64,000 nt of DNA. It comes from Abditibacterium sp. Lineage in GTDB: Bacteria > Armatimonadota > Abditibacteriia > Abditibacteriales > Abditibacteriaceae. The DNA lies in contig CBDASK010000003.1 in NCBI GenBank assembly GCA_965199495.1, forward strand, positions 3,360,001 through 3,424,000, written 5' to 3'. Both the position numbers and the translations under genes were made by a program. The notes under the pieces are model-generated. The model searched no databases. It was not told the origin of the DNA and saw only the letters and a program-made list of their open reading frames with translations. Positions 49,871 through 60,330 of this stretch are shown in pieces; the first letter of the stretch is position 1; each line of letters starts with the position of its first letter.

Positions 49871-50785
49871 ATGAAGATTATTTCGCCGTATTCGTTCTAT
49901 TCCTGCGCCGCACACGACGAAGTTTTGGCCCAGTGGAACAAACGATCGGGCGAAAATTCGCCTTTGACGCTCGATTTGTCGAGCGCCGTGCAGATTGACC
50001 CTTATGGCATCGTCGCGTTGACGCTGTTTCTCAATCATCTGCCCGCTTCGGCGTTGCCGGTTAAATTGGTGCTCGACGGTTTTCCGCCGCCGGGCAAGCG
50101 CGATGCGCCGTCGGATAATCCGGTCGTCGAATATATGACGCGCATCGGGTTTTGGGAGGAAGTCGGCGCGCGTCTGGATATTCCCGAAAAGCGTCTGCCT
50201 GTCCGTCCGCACTGGACGGAAGACAACGGCGTTTTGATCGACATCACGGTTTTGCATGGCCGCGATGCCATCAACGTGATGTTGCGCAAAACCGGCGAAA
50301 TTTTGCGCAATCTGCATTTTACGCCGATTGGGCGCGGCCACGTCATGGAAGTTTTGTCCGAGCTTTCGTCCAACGTTTTAGATCACGCCCAATCGGATTA
50401 TGGCGGCGTCGTCGTCACGCAAACCTATCGTTCTGCGCGCAGTGGCACGCGCTACTTGGTGATGTCCATCGGCGATATGGGCATCGGCGTGCGCGCCTCG
50501 ATTGCGGGCAACGAAAAGTTGCAGGGCCGCTTGGACAGCGACGGTCAGGCGTTGGGCATCGCGATTCAATCGGGCAATTCGCGCTTCGAGACCGGCGGGC
50601 GCGGCGGCGGATTGCCGCGCGTGATGGAAATCGCGCGGCGCTACGGCGGCAGCGTGGCTCTGCGCAGTGGAACCGGCGGTCTGTCGTTTCGCGGCGAAGA
50701 CGAAGCGCGCCGCGTCTTCGATACCGCGCCGCAAGTCGGCACGCAGTTAAGGATTATGTTGCCGGAGAATAAGTTGGTGGAGTAG
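49871..50785 (+). CDS. STAS-like plus GHKL (HATPase) ATP-binding protein
   Basis: EL.SNV.DHA N-box, DMGIG, GRGGGL, GT.L.I. Confidence 0.8.
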   Translation: MKIISPYSFYSCAAHDEVLAQWNKRSGENSPLTLDLSSAVQIDPYGIVALTLFLNHLPASALPVKLVLDGFPPPGKRDAPSDNPVVEYMTRIGFWEEVGARLDIPEKRLPVRPHWTEDNGVLIDITVLHGRDAINVMLRKTGEILRNLHFTPIGRGHVMEVLSELSSNVLDHAQSDYGGVVVTQTYRSARSGTRYLVMSIGDMGIGVRASIAGNEKLQGRLDSDGQALGIAIQSGNSRFETGGRGGGLPRVMEIARRYGGSVALRSGTGGLSFRGEDEARRVFDTAPQVGTQLRIMLPENKLVE

Positions 50786-50818
50786 AAAAGCCTGCTCGAT
50801 TGTCAATTTCGCCCTCAT

Positions 50819-50947
50819 TGTCATTCTGAGCGGAGTGAGGGACGAACGAAGTCGAAGAATCCACAAGTTGCGCGTTGACTTGGCTTGTGTCTCGTCCAGA
50901 GTTGTGGATTCTTCGACTTCGTTCGTGCCTCTCCGCTCAGAATGACA
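50819..50947. repeat. TGTCATTCTGAGCG..GAATC palindromic element, copy 1
   Basis: tgtcattctgagcggag...gaagtcgaagaatccac / gtggattcttcgacttcg...ctccgctcagaatgaca. Confidence 0.9.
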
Positions 50948-50979
50948 GTAAAGGAAGGCGGAATTCCGCGCTTTCAAAC

Positions 50980-51960
50980 TCAATCGCCTTCCCACGTCGG
51001 TTTATCGCGCAAAACGTCCCAATAAACCCGGCGCGGCAGAATCGGCCAGACTTTCGCTTTCAACTCCAACTGCGCGGCGATTTCGCGCACGGCGTCGCGA
51101 ATTTCGCTGTCCATGTAGCGCGTCGAAATGTGATACAAAATCACGTTCGGCACGTTCGCTGCTTTGGCCAACTTCAGCGCGTCGGTAATCGTCGAATGGA
51201 CGTGGCCGACATCTTCGCCCGCTTCTTCGGAATCGTAATCGTCGGCGCGCAGAAACGTCGCTTCGTGAACCAATAGTTGTGTGCCCGCGACTTCTTCGAC
51301 CGAAAGCGGCTGACCATCGCCCGAAACCGTCACGATTTTTTCGTCAACCGGCGCGGTAATGCCCAGTGCGCCCAAACGCATTTTGGTCGAGTTGCGCTCT
51401 TTCTCGCTCAAATTGTTGTATTGCGCGTCGGCAATGGCGCGTTCGCCGATTTCCAAGCGAATCGCGTCCAACTCTTTTTGCGGCAAGTTCTGATATTCCG
51501 GCTTGACTTTGTTTTTGCGCCAGATCAGATGAAAACCCAGCGAGCGCGGCGCATTACTCAAGTCGTCGTTGCTGAAATGTTTGGTGCGAAAGCATTGAAT
51601 CAAACGGCCTTCGACGCCGGTTTCGAGCCAGTCGCCTTCTTCCAACGGGCGCCAAATCGCGTTGTGCGAGCTGCCGGGATTGAAACTCAAACTGAACCGC
51701 TCGATTTGATTCCACGATTTGCCCGCCGCCGGATGCGCGATGGCGAACGGCCCGGCTTCGCCGCGCTGGTTGATGACCTGAAACACGCCGCCGATATGAT
51801 CGCGGTGCGCGTGCGTCAGCAAAACCGTGTCGATTTTGCGCAGTTTATAACCTAAATGTTGGCTGACGCCATCGCCCGCATCAATGAGAACTTTCCAATC
51901 GTTAAACCACAGCCACGTCGAGAACCGTGGCGACGAGTGCATCGCCAGTGAGAGTTGCAT
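50980..51960 (-). CDS. MBL-fold hydrolase, RNase Z-like
   Basis: LIDAGDG, THAHRDH, SGD, HEATF, HST, HISTRY. Confidence 0.85.
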   Translation of the reverse strand: MQLSLAMHSSPRFSTWLWFNDWKVLIDAGDGVSQHLGYKLRKIDTVLLTHAHRDHIGGVFQVINQRGEAGPFAIAHPAAGKSWNQIERFSLSFNPGSSHNAIWRPLEEGDWLETGVEGRLIQCFRTKHFSNDDLSNAPRSLGFHLIWRKNKVKPEYQNLPQKELDAIRLEIGERAIADAQYNNLSEKERNSTKMRLGALGITAPVDEKIVTVSGDGQPLSVEEVAGTQLLVHEATFLRADDYDSEEAGEDVGHVHSTITDALKLAKAANVPNVILYHISTRYMDSEIRDAVREIAAQLELKAKVWPILPRRVYWDVLRDKPTWEGD

Positions 51961-51965
51961 ATTAC

Positions 51966-52058
51966 GGAAAAGGATACAAAGATGAGGGCCGCGCTCGGAA
52001 TATTTTGCGAACGCATTTCTCTTGAGATGCTTTATCCTTTATCGTTCAGCCTTTTTTC
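51966..52058. repeat. degenerate AAGGAT-heptamer inverted repeat
   Basis: ggaaaaggatacaaagatgag ... ctttatcctttatcgttcagcctttt, similar to 41106-41220. Confidence 0.55.
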
Positions 52059-53582
52059 ATGTCTCGCGCTTTTCGTGTTGTCGCCCCATTTTTATTATTG
52101 TTGATGTGCTTTGTCTACGCCGTGCGAACCATCGGCGGCGGCGAAGATTTTTGGGCGCACGCGGCGCTGGGCCGCTGGACTTTGGCGCATCATCAGGTGC
52201 CGATGCGCACGCAATTTCTGTGGAGCGCCGATATTCCGTGGATTTTTCATTCGTGGCTGAGCGGCGTTATTTTCGCCGCAATTCTCGGTAGCGTCGGCAT
52301 CTGGGGCGCCGTGGCTCTTAATGTCGCGATGTCGGCGGCGCCGTTTATTGTGCTTTATAATTGGTGGCGCAATCACAAAACCGTGTCGAGTTTGGGCGTA
52401 ATTTTATTTTCGGTCGCGATATTTTTGGCGGCGGCACGGTTTCGCTTGCGGACGGAAATGTTCACCATGTTCTTCCTGAGCATCGTGGCGACGTTCATTC
52501 TCACGGACAACAAAAAACGCTGGCATTACATCGGAATCGCCGCGATATTCGCGCTGTGGCCCAATTTGCACGGCGCGGTTTTGATGGGTTTGGTAATTTT
52601 ATGGAGCGGAACTCTGGCCGAACTCGCGCAGTTTCGGCGCGCGGCGTTGCCGTTGTTATATTTAGCGCTGGTTTGCACGTTGTGCGTTTTCGCGTTCAAT
52701 CCGTGGCATTTCGGCTACATCAAAGCGTGGGGCGGCCTGGACACGCCTTTGTTTCACGCGGTCAACGAATGGAAACCGTTCTGGGAAAAGCCTTATTTAC
52801 CGGAAATTTTGTGGATCGGCCATATCGCGCTGTGGTGCGTGGCGCTGCTTTTGTGGATCGCCAATCCCAAACGGCGCTGGGCGTGTTTGATCTGGCTGCT
52901 CATCGTGGGCGCGGCGTTTTTGCAGGCGCGCCGCCAGATGTGGCTGGCGGCGATTTTCGATTTGTTGGTGATTTTAGCCAACTCCGATTTGTTGACCGGC
53001 CCGGTTTTGTGGCGCGGTTGGCGCGCGTGGACGACCGGCGAACGCGATGCCGATCCGGCGCCGATGCTGCGCGCCATCGGCAAAAGCGGCGCGGTGGTTT
53101 TGGTTGGCTGTTTTATCGCGCAGGGATTTGTTCAATATTGGCCGCCGCACGTCATTGACAAAACCTATCCGACGAAAATGAGCCAGTATCTGCTAACACC
53201 CGCGATGGCTCAGGGCCGCATCTTCAACGATTACGAGTACTCCGCCGCGCTCGAATGGCTTTTGCATGACAAACGCAAACTCTACGTGGATTTAATCAAC
53301 GCCTATCCGCCGCAATTGTTGTTTGAATATCTCCAAATCGCCGGAGGCACGCCCGATGGTTTAAAGTTGCTCGACCGCCGCAAATTCGACATCGTGGCGT
53401 TGCGCCCGCGCACGCCCAAAGAAGGCATGGCCAACCTCGCCAAATATCTGAATAACAGCGTAGATTGGGCGCAGGTCTACGATGGCGACGATGGCACGGT
53501 GTGGATTCGCGTCAAACGTTTCAACGCGCCTTTGACGCCAATTCCGGTCGGCGATATTGCGCCGATTCCGAAAGATAAATAA
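52059..53582 (+). CDS. polytopic membrane protein (GT-C-like glycosyltransferase candidate)
   Basis: D.W.H...G.W, HSWL, R.EMF, WPNLHG, NPW, EW.P motifs. Confidence 0.65.
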   Translation: MSRAFRVVAPFLLLLMCFVYAVRTIGGGEDFWAHAALGRWTLAHHQVPMRTQFLWSADIPWIFHSWLSGVIFAAILGSVGIWGAVALNVAMSAAPFIVLYNWWRNHKTVSSLGVILFSVAIFLAAARFRLRTEMFTMFFLSIVATFILTDNKKRWHYIGIAAIFALWPNLHGAVLMGLVILWSGTLAELAQFRRAALPLLYLALVCTLCVFAFNPWHFGYIKAWGGLDTPLFHAVNEWKPFWEKPYLPEILWIGHIALWCVALLLWIANPKRRWACLIWLLIVGAAFLQARRQMWLAAIFDLLVILANSDLLTGPVLWRGWRAWTTGERDADPAPMLRAIGKSGAVVLVGCFIAQGFVQYWPPHVIDKTYPTKMSQYLLTPAMAQGRIFNDYEYSAALEWLLHDKRKLYVDLINAYPPQLLFEYLQIAGGTPDGLKLLDRRKFDIVALRPRTPKEGMANLAKYLNNSVDWAQVYDGDDGTVWIRVKRFNAPLTPIPVGDIAPIPKDK

Positions 53583-53734
53583 GCCACAGAGGACGCAGAG
53601 AACGCACGGATGACACAAAGAAGAACAAAGAAATTAAAATGGAAAAGAACTCATTTTTATAGTTTTGCTTTCACGAATCAATCGGTTCGTTCTTCATTTG
53701 TGCCCTTTGTGTGTTCTCCGTGGCTTTATTTGTC
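53574..53734. repeat. CACAGAG-unit palindromic element, copy 4; overlaps both flanking stop codons
   Basis: gataaataagccacagaggacgcagagaacgcac ... gtgttctccgtggctttatttgtc. Confidence 0.8.
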
Positions 53735-54952
53735 GGCTCCAGCGAGCGGCTCGATTGGAATGTCGCGATAACGGCCCCAATCGGCAATATGCGGCAACAA
53801 CTGAAATTTCGTGATGCCAGTGATTTGTGGCAAAATCGCCGTCGCCTGAGTGCCATCGGCATTAGCGCACCAAATGCGATTGGCGCGCGCTTTGGCTGGA
53901 TCAACGCTGCCGCGAATCCAGTAAATTTGCTTACCTTCGAGCGACCATTGAGGCGAAAAATCGCTTTGTGGGCCGTTGGTTAATCGCGTGATTTTGCGCG
54001 TGGTTAAATCGAAGCCAAACAAATTAACGGCGGGATTTGTCGGCGAAGCCGGGCCAACGAAAAGGAATTTGCGTTGCGTGGGATGCCACGCGAAGTCTCC
54101 GGCCAGAAGGAACTTCTTGTTAGAGTCAACCAAAAGTTCTGCTTTTTTACGGCGTAAATCAAAATGAACAACTCTCGTTATTTCTCTCGAATTCTCATCT
54201 TCATAATCGCCTTTTCGGTAAGTTCCCAAACACACGATGCCTTTGCCATCCGGCGAAAGAGCGGGCGCGCTGAACTGATACATTTGGCGCAAAACGTTAT
54301 CAGCCTTTAGCTTCAATTTGTCTATAAATTGTCGTCCGTCGAAAATACGTTTACGCGTTGCAACGTCCCAAACCGCGACCCAAGAACCGCAAGGATCATA
54401 CATCAATTGCGGAACTTGGCCTTCGATTACAACCAGTTTGCGCCCGCTCGCATCGAAACTCGCTTCGGAAAAATCAGGTCGGTCGTGTGGAGCAACTTTT
54501 TGTGCTCCGTAAGCTGCCAACAGAACTTTCTGTTTCTGCTTGTAACTGGCCGTGAATATATAACTCCGAATCGCGCCCGCGTCGAAGAAATCAACATCGC
54601 TGGGCTTTGCGGCAAAAACTAAGCTTTTCCCATCTGACGAAAAATTCCAATTTTGTTGATTATCCAAACCGTAATCGGATGTAACGCATTTTTGACGCAA
54701 AATCGCCGAGGCATCGCCACGAAGGGAAACTGCCTCCAAACGTTGACCGCGTTGAAAAACCATCGTCGCACCCACAATCGGTTTTGTCGAGTAAATCGGA
54801 GGCGGAGTATCCGCCACTTTTTCAACTAAAGTTGCCTGATTTGATGCGGTCACTTCTGCAATTGTTGGCAGATTTATGTTTCTTCTGGGTGACCTACAAC
54901 CGCTGAGAAGAACGCTGCAAACGAATATTAAATTGGTAATATGAAATTTCAT
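53726..54952 (-). CDS. lipoprotein with TolB/PD40-like beta-propeller
   Basis: LLSGC lipobox; FSSDGKSLVF, LSPDGK, TRLTNGPQSDFSPQWS. Confidence 0.75.
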   Translation of the reverse strand: MKFHITNLIFVCSVLLSGCRSPRRNINLPTIAEVTASNQATLVEKVADTPPPIYSTKPIVGATMVFQRGQRLEAVSLRGDASAILRQKCVTSDYGLDNQQNWNFSSDGKSLVFAAKPSDVDFFDAGAIRSYIFTASYKQKQKVLLAAYGAQKVAPHDRPDFSEASFDASGRKLVVIEGQVPQLMYDPCGSWVAVWDVATRKRIFDGRQFIDKLKLKADNVLRQMYQFSAPALSPDGKGIVCLGTYRKGDYEDENSREITRVVHFDLRRKKAELLVDSNKKFLLAGDFAWHPTQRKFLFVGPASPTNPAVNLFGFDLTTRKITRLTNGPQSDFSPQWSLEGKQIYWIRGSVDPAKARANRIWCANADGTQATAILPQITGITKFQLLPHIADWGRYRDIPIEPLAGADK

Positions 54953-55064
54953 ATTCAGAAGAATAGCACGCCCGACAAAACGACGCAAGCGATATTGTTT
55001 TTAATTTTGCAGCAGTTCCGATTTTCTCGGCTTGCTTTTGGTCAAATCATGCAAACTTAGCTGT

Positions 55065-57143
55065 ATGTCTCGAACAGGAAAATTCAATATGAAAGCGCCG
55101 TTTGCGCCCAAGGGCGATCAGCCGGACGCCATTAAACAATTGGTCGCGGGCGCGCGCGACGGTCTGGCTCATCAGGTTTTGCTGGGAGCCACGGGCACCG
55201 GCAAGACCTTTACTGCCGCGAAAGTAATTCAAGAATTGCAACGTCCGGCGTTATTGATCGCGCATAACAAAACGCTGGCGGCGCAGTTGTGCCAGGAGTT
55301 GCGCGAGTTTTTCCCCGATAACGCCGTCGAATACTTCGTCTCGTATTACGATTATTATCAGCCCGAAGCGTATGTGCCACATTCGGATACTTTTATCGAA
55401 AAGGAAAGCTCGCGCAACGACGAAATTGATCGGTTGCGCCACTCGTCTACGCAATCTTTAACTTCGCGGCGCGATGTCATTGTCGTTTCCTCGGTCAGTT
55501 GCATTTACGGTTTGGGCACTCCCGAATTGTATAAAAATGCCTCGCTCGATTTGCGCGTCGGCGATACGGTTGACCGGCGTGGCGTTTTGGAACGCTTGAT
55601 TTCGATGCAGTTCGCGCGCAACGACATCAACCTCGTGCGCGGCACTTTTCGCGTGCGCGGCGACGTTTTGGAAATTCACCCGCGCGATAGCGATAACGTG
55701 GTGCGCGTGGATACTTTTGGCGACGAAATCGAGAGCATTCAACTGGTCAATGCGCTGACGCAAAACGTGGTCGAGAACCGCAAATTCACCACGATTTTCC
55801 CCGCCACTCACTTTATCGCCGACGAGAATCGCATGGAAGGCGCTTTAATCCAAATCGAACACGATTTGGATGTGCAGAGCGCGCACTTAGAGAGTCAGGG
55901 CAAAATGCTCGAAGCGCAGCGATTGCGCCAGCGCGTGCGTTACGACATGGAAATGATGCGCGAAGTCGGTTATTGCAACGGCATCGAAAACTATTCGCGC
56001 TATCTCGACGGACGCGTGCCGGGCGACCCGCCTTATACGTTGATTGACTATTTCGCCGACGATTTTCTGTTGATGATTGATGAAAGTCACCAGACGATTC
56101 CGCAAATTCGCGCGATGTATAACGGCGACCGCGCGCGCAAAGAGACTTTGGTGGATTACGGGTTTCGTTTGCCTTCGGCGTTCGATAATCGCCCGCTCAA
56201 GTTCGAGGAGTTTGAAGAACGGATGCCGCAGACGACCTACATCACAGCCACGCCGGGGCCGTATGAGTTGGAGCATATCGGTTTGGAGCGCATCAAAGAC
56301 GAAAGCGGCAACGCCGTCACCAACAAAGGCTCGGCACTGGGCAGTTTCGTGATGCCGCCCGAAGGTTTCATGGGTTTGGCGCAACAGATCATTCGCCCAA
56401 CCGGACTTTTAGATCCCGAAATTTTCGTGCGCCCGTCGCGCGGCCAAATTGACGATTTGCTGGGCGAAATTCGCGCGCGCACCGCCAAAGGCCAACGCGT
56501 TTTGGCGACGACGCTCACAAAACGAATGGCTGAAGATTTGACCGATTTTTTGAAAGAAATTGATGTCAAAGTCAATTATCTGCACTCGGACGTTTCGACG
56601 ATGGAGCGCAGCCAGATTTTGCGCGAACTGCGGCAGGGCAAATACGATGTCGTCGTCGGCATCAACTTGCTCCGCGAAGGTTTGGATTTGCCCGAAGTTT
56701 CTTTAGTCGCGATTTTGGACGCCGATAAAGAAGGCTTTTTGCGCAGCGAAACTTCGTTAATTCAGACGATTGGCCGCGCGGCGCGCCACGTCAACGGCCA
56801 GGTGATTATGTATGCCGACCGCGTCACCGGCTCGATGGAGCGCGCGATGGCCGAAACCACGAGACGCCGCAAGTTGCAAATGGCTTATAACGAGGCCAAC
56901 GGCATCACGCCCCAAGGCATTCAAAAAGCGATTCGCGAGGATTTGATCACCGAATTGTTGGCCGATGTTCAGGCCGAAATGCAACCGGGCAAATTGACGA
57001 AAAAGCCGAAAATGGAAGATTTGCCCAAAATGCTGGAAGATTTGGAAGCCGAAATGAAATCAGCGGCGGGCGCCCTCGATTTCGAGCGCGCCGCGCAATT
57101 GCGGGACGAACTGTTGACGCTGCGCGAATTGGCGAAAGGATAG
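55065..57143 (+). CDS. uvrB: excinuclease ABC subunit B
   Basis: [28 protein letters not shown]-terminal UVR domain. Confidence 0.98.
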   Translation: MSRTGKFNMKAPFAPKGDQPDAIKQLVAGARDGLAHQVLLGATGTGKTFTAAKVIQELQRPALLIAHNKTLAAQLCQELREFFPDNAVEYFVSYYDYYQPEAYVPHSDTFIEKESSRNDEIDRLRHSSTQSLTSRRDVIVVSSVSCIYGLGTPELYKNASLDLRVGDTVDRRGVLERLISMQFARNDINLVRGTFRVRGDVLEIHPRDSDNVVRVDTFGDEIESIQLVNALTQNVVENRKFTTIFPATHFIADENRMEGALIQIEHDLDVQSAHLESQGKMLEAQRLRQRVRYDMEMMREVGYCNGIENYSRYLDGRVPGDPPYTLIDYFADDFLLMIDESHQTIPQIRAMYNGDRARKETLVDYGFRLPSAFDNRPLKFEEFEERMPQTTYITATPGPYELEHIGLERIKDESGNAVTNKGSALGSFVMPPEGFMGLAQQIIRPTGLLDPEIFVRPSRGQIDDLLGEIRARTAKGQRVLATTLTKRMAEDLTDFLKEIDVKVNYLHSDVSTMERSQILRELRQGKYDVVVGINLLREGLDLPEVSLVAILDADKEGFLRSETSLIQTIGRAARHVNGQVIMYADRVTGSMERAMAETTRRRKLQMAYNEANGITPQGIQKAIREDLITELLADVQAEMQPGKLTKKPKMEDLPKMLEDLEAEMKSAAGALDFERAAQLRDELLTLRELAKG

Positions 57144-57265
57144 TTTTGGTGGCGAAGATTCGCTGTATAACGCCCACAGAAGATGAACCCAACGCCGAAT
57201 TGGTTATAATTTCTGGGGCGCCGGGGCAAATTTCGCGCGCGAAATTTGGCCACGCTCCTTTTGTT

Positions 57266-58036
57266 ATGCCTCTTGCAATTCTCGTTTTAGCCGCCGGAAA
57301 AGGCACTCGCATGGAAAGCGATCTGCCCAAGGTTCTGCACCCATTGTGCGGAAAACCTCTGCTCGCTCACGTTCTTGATGCCGCCAACCAACTGGCGCCT
57401 GACCGATTAATTTGTATCGTCGGCCATCGCGCCGATCTGGTTGAAGCGCAAATTCAACCCGATTATCCCAACGTCGAATTCGTCAATCAAGGCGAGATGC
57501 TCGGCACCGGCCACGCCGTCTTGCAAGCGCAGGACGCGCTCAAAGATTTTAGCGGCGACATCATCGTGACCTGTGGCGACGCGCCGCTTTTGACCGCCGC
57601 CACGCTCGACGATTTGCGCAAAAAACGCGCGCAACATCAAGCCGCCGCCGCGATGCTGGTCGGGCGCGTGGACGAGCCAGGTTCCTATGGCCGCGTCGTG
57701 ATGAACGAGCAAGGTTTGGTCTCCGAAATCGTCGAGGCCAAAGACGCGTCGTCCGAAGTTCTGGCGCTTCCAACTGTGAACGCGGGCACCTATTGTTTTG
57801 CGTCGAACGATTTGTGGAATACGCTTGCGCGCGTCGGCAACGACAATAAATCGGGCGAATATTATTTGACCGATGTTGTCGGATTGTTGCGCGAGGCTGG
57901 CAAAGATGTCGTCGGCGAACTGATTTCAGAGCGCGAAATGACCGGCGTCAACACCAAAGCGCAACTCGCCGAACTCGAAGCGCAACTCAACAACGAGGCG
58001 CGTTTAATGGCGCAGAGCGAAGCTCAACCTTCGTAG
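57266..58036 (+). CDS. glmU: GlmU-like uridyltransferase, N-terminal domain only
   Basis: LAAGKGTRM.S..PKVLH, LGTGHA, EYYLTD, GVN; stops before the hexapeptide domain; directly upstream of prs. Confidence 0.8.
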   Translation: MPLAILVLAAGKGTRMESDLPKVLHPLCGKPLLAHVLDAANQLAPDRLICIVGHRADLVEAQIQPDYPNVEFVNQGEMLGTGHAVLQAQDALKDFSGDIIVTCGDAPLLTAATLDDLRKKRAQHQAAAAMLVGRVDEPGSYGRVVMNEQGLVSEIVEAKDASSEVLALPTVNAGTYCFASNDLWNTLARVGNDNKSGEYYLTDVVGLLREAGKDVVGELISEREMTGVNTKAQLAELEAQLNNEARLMAQSEAQPS

Positions 58037-58045
58037 GGGATTTTT

Positions 58046-59068
58046 ATGAGCGATAAAAAAGAAACCGCCGCCGATTTGAAGGTCAATCAGATTCAGGAGC
58101 ACATCTTGGATCTCGACCCCAACAACATCAAGATATTTTCGGGCAACGCCAATCCCAAGCTCGCGCGCGACGTGGCTGCATTGCTGGGCCAACCGCTGGG
58201 CGAAATGATTATTACGCGCTTTTCCGATGGCGAGTTGCGCTGCGCCATCAACGAAAGCATTCGGGGCGCCGACGTTTTCATCATTCAGCCGACGTGCGCG
58301 CCGGTCAACGAAACCGTGATGGAACTGCTGATTTTGTGCGACGCCTTCAAGCGCGCGTCCGCCGCGCGCATCGTGCCGATTATTCCTTATTTCGGTTATG
58401 CGCGTCAGGACAAAAAGGTGCGCCCGCGCGAGCCGATTACCGCCAAACTCGTCGCCGACATGATTCAGCACGCCGGGGCCGACCGCATTTTCGCGATTGA
58501 CCTGCACGCCGGACAGATTCAGGGTTTCTTCGATATTCCCGTTGACCATTTGTATGGCCAGCCCTTGTTGGCCGAATATTTCAAGAGCAAAGGCATTTAC
58601 GGCAAAAACGTGACAGTCGTTTCGCCCGACGTTGGCGGCGTCGAGCGCGCCACGATTTTGGCCGAACGTCTGGGCGCTGAACTCGCCATTGTCGCCAAAC
58701 GCCGCCCCGAACCGGGCAAAGTCAAAGTCATCGAAGTCATCGGCGAAATTGAAGGCCGCGTCTGCGTTTTGATTGACGACATGATCGATTCGGGCGGCAC
58801 TTTCGTGGCGGCGGCGCACGAACTTTCGCTGCGCGGCGCCAAAGAAATTTACGGCGCCGCCACGCACGCGGTTTTGAGCGGCGAAGCGATTCACCGCATC
58901 CAAAATTCCGAAATTCAGGAATTAGTTGTCACCGACACGATTCCGATTGCGCCCGAACGCATGATCCGCAAAATCACGCAACTGTCGGTCGCCAAAGTCT
59001 GCGCCGAAGCGATTGTCCGCATTCATCAGAACGATTCGGTTTCGGGCATGTTCAGCGCGATGTGGTAA
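58046..59068 (+). CDS. prs: ribose-phosphate pyrophosphokinase
   Basis: FSDGE, YARQD, DLHAGQIQGFFD, DDMIDSGGT. Confidence 0.98.
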   Translation: MSDKKETAADLKVNQIQEHILDLDPNNIKIFSGNANPKLARDVAALLGQPLGEMIITRFSDGELRCAINESIRGADVFIIQPTCAPVNETVMELLILCDAFKRASAARIVPIIPYFGYARQDKKVRPREPITAKLVADMIQHAGADRIFAIDLHAGQIQGFFDIPVDHLYGQPLLAEYFKSKGIYGKNVTVVSPDVGGVERATILAERLGAELAIVAKRRPEPGKVKVIEVIGEIEGRVCVLIDDMIDSGGTFVAAAHELSLRGAKEIYGAATHAVLSGEAIHRIQNSEIQELVVTDTIPIAPERMIRKITQLSVAKVCAEAIVRIHQNDSVSGMFSAMW

Positions 59069-59078
59069 GGCTTGAAAG

Positions 59079-59226
59079 TTAGCCACAGAGTTCACAGAGA
59101 ACGCACAGAGAGACACAGAAAAGAACAAAGAAAACAAAAATCATCAGAGAATGCTATCTTCAAAAATTTAATTTCTTTGTTCTTTTCTGTGTCTCTCTGT
59201 GCGTTCTCTGTGAACTCTGTGGCTAA
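59079..59226. repeat. CACAGAG-unit palindromic element, copy 5
   Basis: ttagccacagagttcacagagaacgcacagagagacacag ... ctgtgtctctctgtgcgttctctgtgaactctgtggctaa. Confidence 0.92.
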
Positions 59227-59315
59227 AAATGAAACCGAGGGCGCGGCGATTATGATAAAATATTCCGTTTGGAAGTCCGCAGACCTTTTGAAGTGTGTGA
59301 CCTCTCAGTAATATC

Positions 59316-60020
59316 ATGGCACAATACGAATTGAACGTGCAGAGCCGCACGGAAACTGGCAAGGGCGCCGCGCGCCAATTGCGAATGAAGAATCAACTGC
59401 CCGCCGTCCTTTACGGGCATCACCAAGACCCGATCAAATTTTCGGTTGACCGCAAAGAAATCACCGACCTGGTGCATCATCATGGCACCAACTCGCTTTT
59501 GGTTTTGACGGGCGCTGGCAACGGCGAAACCGCGTTCATCAAAATGCTGCAAAAGCACTGGGTGCGCAACGAAATTCAGACCGTGGATTTCATTCGCGTT
59601 TCGCGCAACGAGCAAATCACTGTCAAAGTCCCCGTCGTTTTGACGGGCGAAACCGTCGAAATGGCGAGCGGCGAAGGCGTTTTGATGCAGGCGATTCACG
59701 AACTCGAACTGACCACGACTCCGGCCAACGTGCCCGATTCGATTGAAGTGGACATTTCGCACCTCGAACTGGGCGGCGCCGCGATGAACGTCGGCGACAT
59801 CACCACGATTCCCGAAGGCGTCACGCTCGTCACCGACCCAGAAGAGACTTTGGCGGCGGTCAACTTGCCCGCGATGGAAGTCGAGGAAGATGAAGTCGAA
59901 GAGGGCGAAGGCGAGGAACTCGAAACCGGCGATGTCAACGCGACCGAAGAACAGTCCGGTCAGGGCGGCGCCAGCGACGATAACAGCAGCGACAATAGTG
60001 GCAGCACCAATCCCGAATAA
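59316..60020 (+). CDS. rplY: 50S ribosomal protein L25/Ctc
   Basis: GKGAARQLR...PAVLYG, VDF, acidic tail; follows prs. Confidence 0.95.
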   Translation: MAQYELNVQSRTETGKGAARQLRMKNQLPAVLYGHHQDPIKFSVDRKEITDLVHHHGTNSLLVLTGAGNGETAFIKMLQKHWVRNEIQTVDFIRVSRNEQITVKVPVVLTGETVEMASGEGVLMQAIHELELTTTPANVPDSIEVDISHLELGGAAMNVGDITTIPEGVTLVTDPEETLAAVNLPAMEVEEDEVEEGEGEELETGDVNATEEQSGQGGASDDNSSDNSGSTNPE

Positions 60021-60036
60021 TTGCATTCGACCCAAC

Positions 60037-60070
60037 AAAAATCCCCCGCGAATTTCGCGGGGGATTTTTT
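60037..60070 (+). terminator. intrinsic terminator
   Basis: aaaaatcccccgcgaa-t-ttcgcgggggatttttt. Confidence 0.9.
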
Positions 60071-60102
60071 GTGTTTTTGATTGCGCGTTTGTTCCGCTTT
60101 TC

Positions 60103-60232
60103 TGTCATTCTGAGCGCAGAGAGGCACGAACGGAGTCGAAGAATCCACAAATGGCGTTTACAATTCGCTTTAACTTCGTCCAGAGTTATGGATTCTTCGA
60201 TTCCGTTCGTGCCTCTCTGCGCACCCATGACA
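60103..60232. repeat. TGTCATTCTGAGCG..GAATC palindromic element, copy 2
   Basis: tgtcattctgagcgcagagaggcacgaacggagtcgaagaatcca / tggattcttcgattccgttcgtgcctctctgcgc...atgaca. Confidence 0.9.
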
Positions 60233-60330
60233 ATTGAGCGGCATTGGTCAATATCGCGTTTCATCATCGCACACTCCATTGCGCAAATCGGGGCCGCTCG
60301 CAAGCAGCCACGGGCATAGACTGCGACGCC

